Origin: Scenedesmus sp. PABB004
Lineage: Eukaryota
Assembly (NCBI GenBank): GCA_014905635.1
Contig: JABVCE010000033.1
Location: 310,001-331,473, forward strand
Reading direction: 5' to 3'
Length of the DNA stretch: 21,473 nucleotides
Numbering within the stretch: the stretch's first letter is position 1; every line of letters begins with the position of its first letter. This document shows, piece by piece, positions 21,001 to 21,473 of the stretch. The notes under the pieces were generated by a model. That model did not search any database and was not told the origin of the DNA. It worked only from the letters and a program-made list of their open reading frames with translations. The translations under genes were made by a program, and so were the position numbers.

Positions 21001-21473
21001 GCGTGTGCGGGCGCGCGAGCGTGTGAGGCGTATGTGGGTGTTGTGTGTAGGCGGATGTGTGAGCGCGCGTGTGGGGGCGTGCGTGTGTGAGGTGTGAGAA
21101 TGGACGAGCGGGACGGGCGGGGTGAGTCGGGCGGGGTTCAGTCACGTACCGGTGGGCGTAATTTGGTTGGACGGCGCGTCAACGGCCTTGAAGCTGTGCG
21201 CGATGATGACGCGCCGCGCGGGCAGGTTGACGCCGTAAGTCAGCGCCGACGTGGACACGAGCACGCTGACCGCGCCTGCGGGGCGCGGTGGGGCCGCCGG
21301 CGCCGTGAAGCCCGTCGGCGTGGCCGCGCGCGCGTGGCGCCGCGCGGCCTGCGTCGACTGCGCAGCGCGGCAGCGCGGCGCGGCGCACCCGACTTGAAGC
21401 CCCGCGCCACCAGGTCCTTGACGTCCCGGACCAGCCCCGCGTGCATGAAGGCGGCGCCCTTGGAGACGAGCGC
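13131..21473 (-). CDS. POLQ: DNA polymerase theta / TEBICHI-like (HEL308-type SF2 helicase plus family A polymerase); 5' part beyond window
   Basis: Helicase: GAAFMHAGL, VLVSTSALTYGVNLPARRVII, YLQMSGRAGRAGIDSQGES, LLEVVA, ATDLGRAAAVSGLSP, SDLHAIFLITP. Pol A: WMQTGSVTGRLSMDDPSLQCVP, NIRAAFVA, DYCQIELRLMAALSGD (motif A), CKRLAYALIYGMG (motif B), ERQAINGTVQGGAADLVK, LLLQVHDELLFEV (motif C), LPVKFSVGPSWG. Many introns and several apparent frameshifts; the exact stop (13131 or about 13198) is uncertain. Confidence 0.93.
14695..14775 (+). repeat. Intronic GT-rich minisatellite (9-bp GTGGAGTGY units)
   Basis: gtggagtgt gtggagtgc gtggagtgc gtggagtgt gtggagtgt in the POLQ intron that interrupts motif A. 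Confidence 0.75.
17410..17628 (-). repeat. Coding CAG/GCG repeat (poly-Gln/Ala) in the POLQ central region
   Basis: Encodes AQQQAAQAQAAQAQTAQQAQQAAQQAQQAQQAAQQ... Confidence 0.85.
18525..18660 (+). repeat. Intronic degenerate (GT)n/(GGGT)n microsatellite and poly-G
   Basis: Visible directly inside a POLQ intron. Confidence 0.85.
20960..21096 (+). repeat. Intronic degenerate (GT)n microsatellite
   Basis: GT-rich tract between the POLQ helicase motif V and motif VI exons. Confidence 0.75.

Overview
Eukaryotic nuclear DNA, extremely GC-rich, with many short introns, typical of a chlorophyte green alga (Sphaeropleales-like; the taxon is an inference). Most entries in the ORF track are GC-rich shadow frames, so I rebuilt the genes by hand as spliced models. 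In order: a PAF-acetylhydrolase-family hydrolase (-, runs off the left edge), RanBPM-like SPRY-LisH-CTLH-CRA (-), Ssu72 (+), plastid ribosomal protein L29 (-), a plastid acyl-activating enzyme that stops just after its P-loop (-), an unexplained block at about 8.5-9.3 kb, a plastid-targeted DGGGP-synthase-like UbiA prenyltransferase (+), PET191/COA5 (+), and DNA polymerase theta (-, runs off the right edge). The unexplained block holds a headless minus-strand exon abutting a repeat-containing ORF that ends in a divergent WRKY/MULE-like C2HC zinc finger. About ten small indels break otherwise intact genes and are probably consensus errors. At least four introns use GC donors. No new system is demonstrated; the best leads are the zinc-finger block and the DGGGPS-like enzyme.
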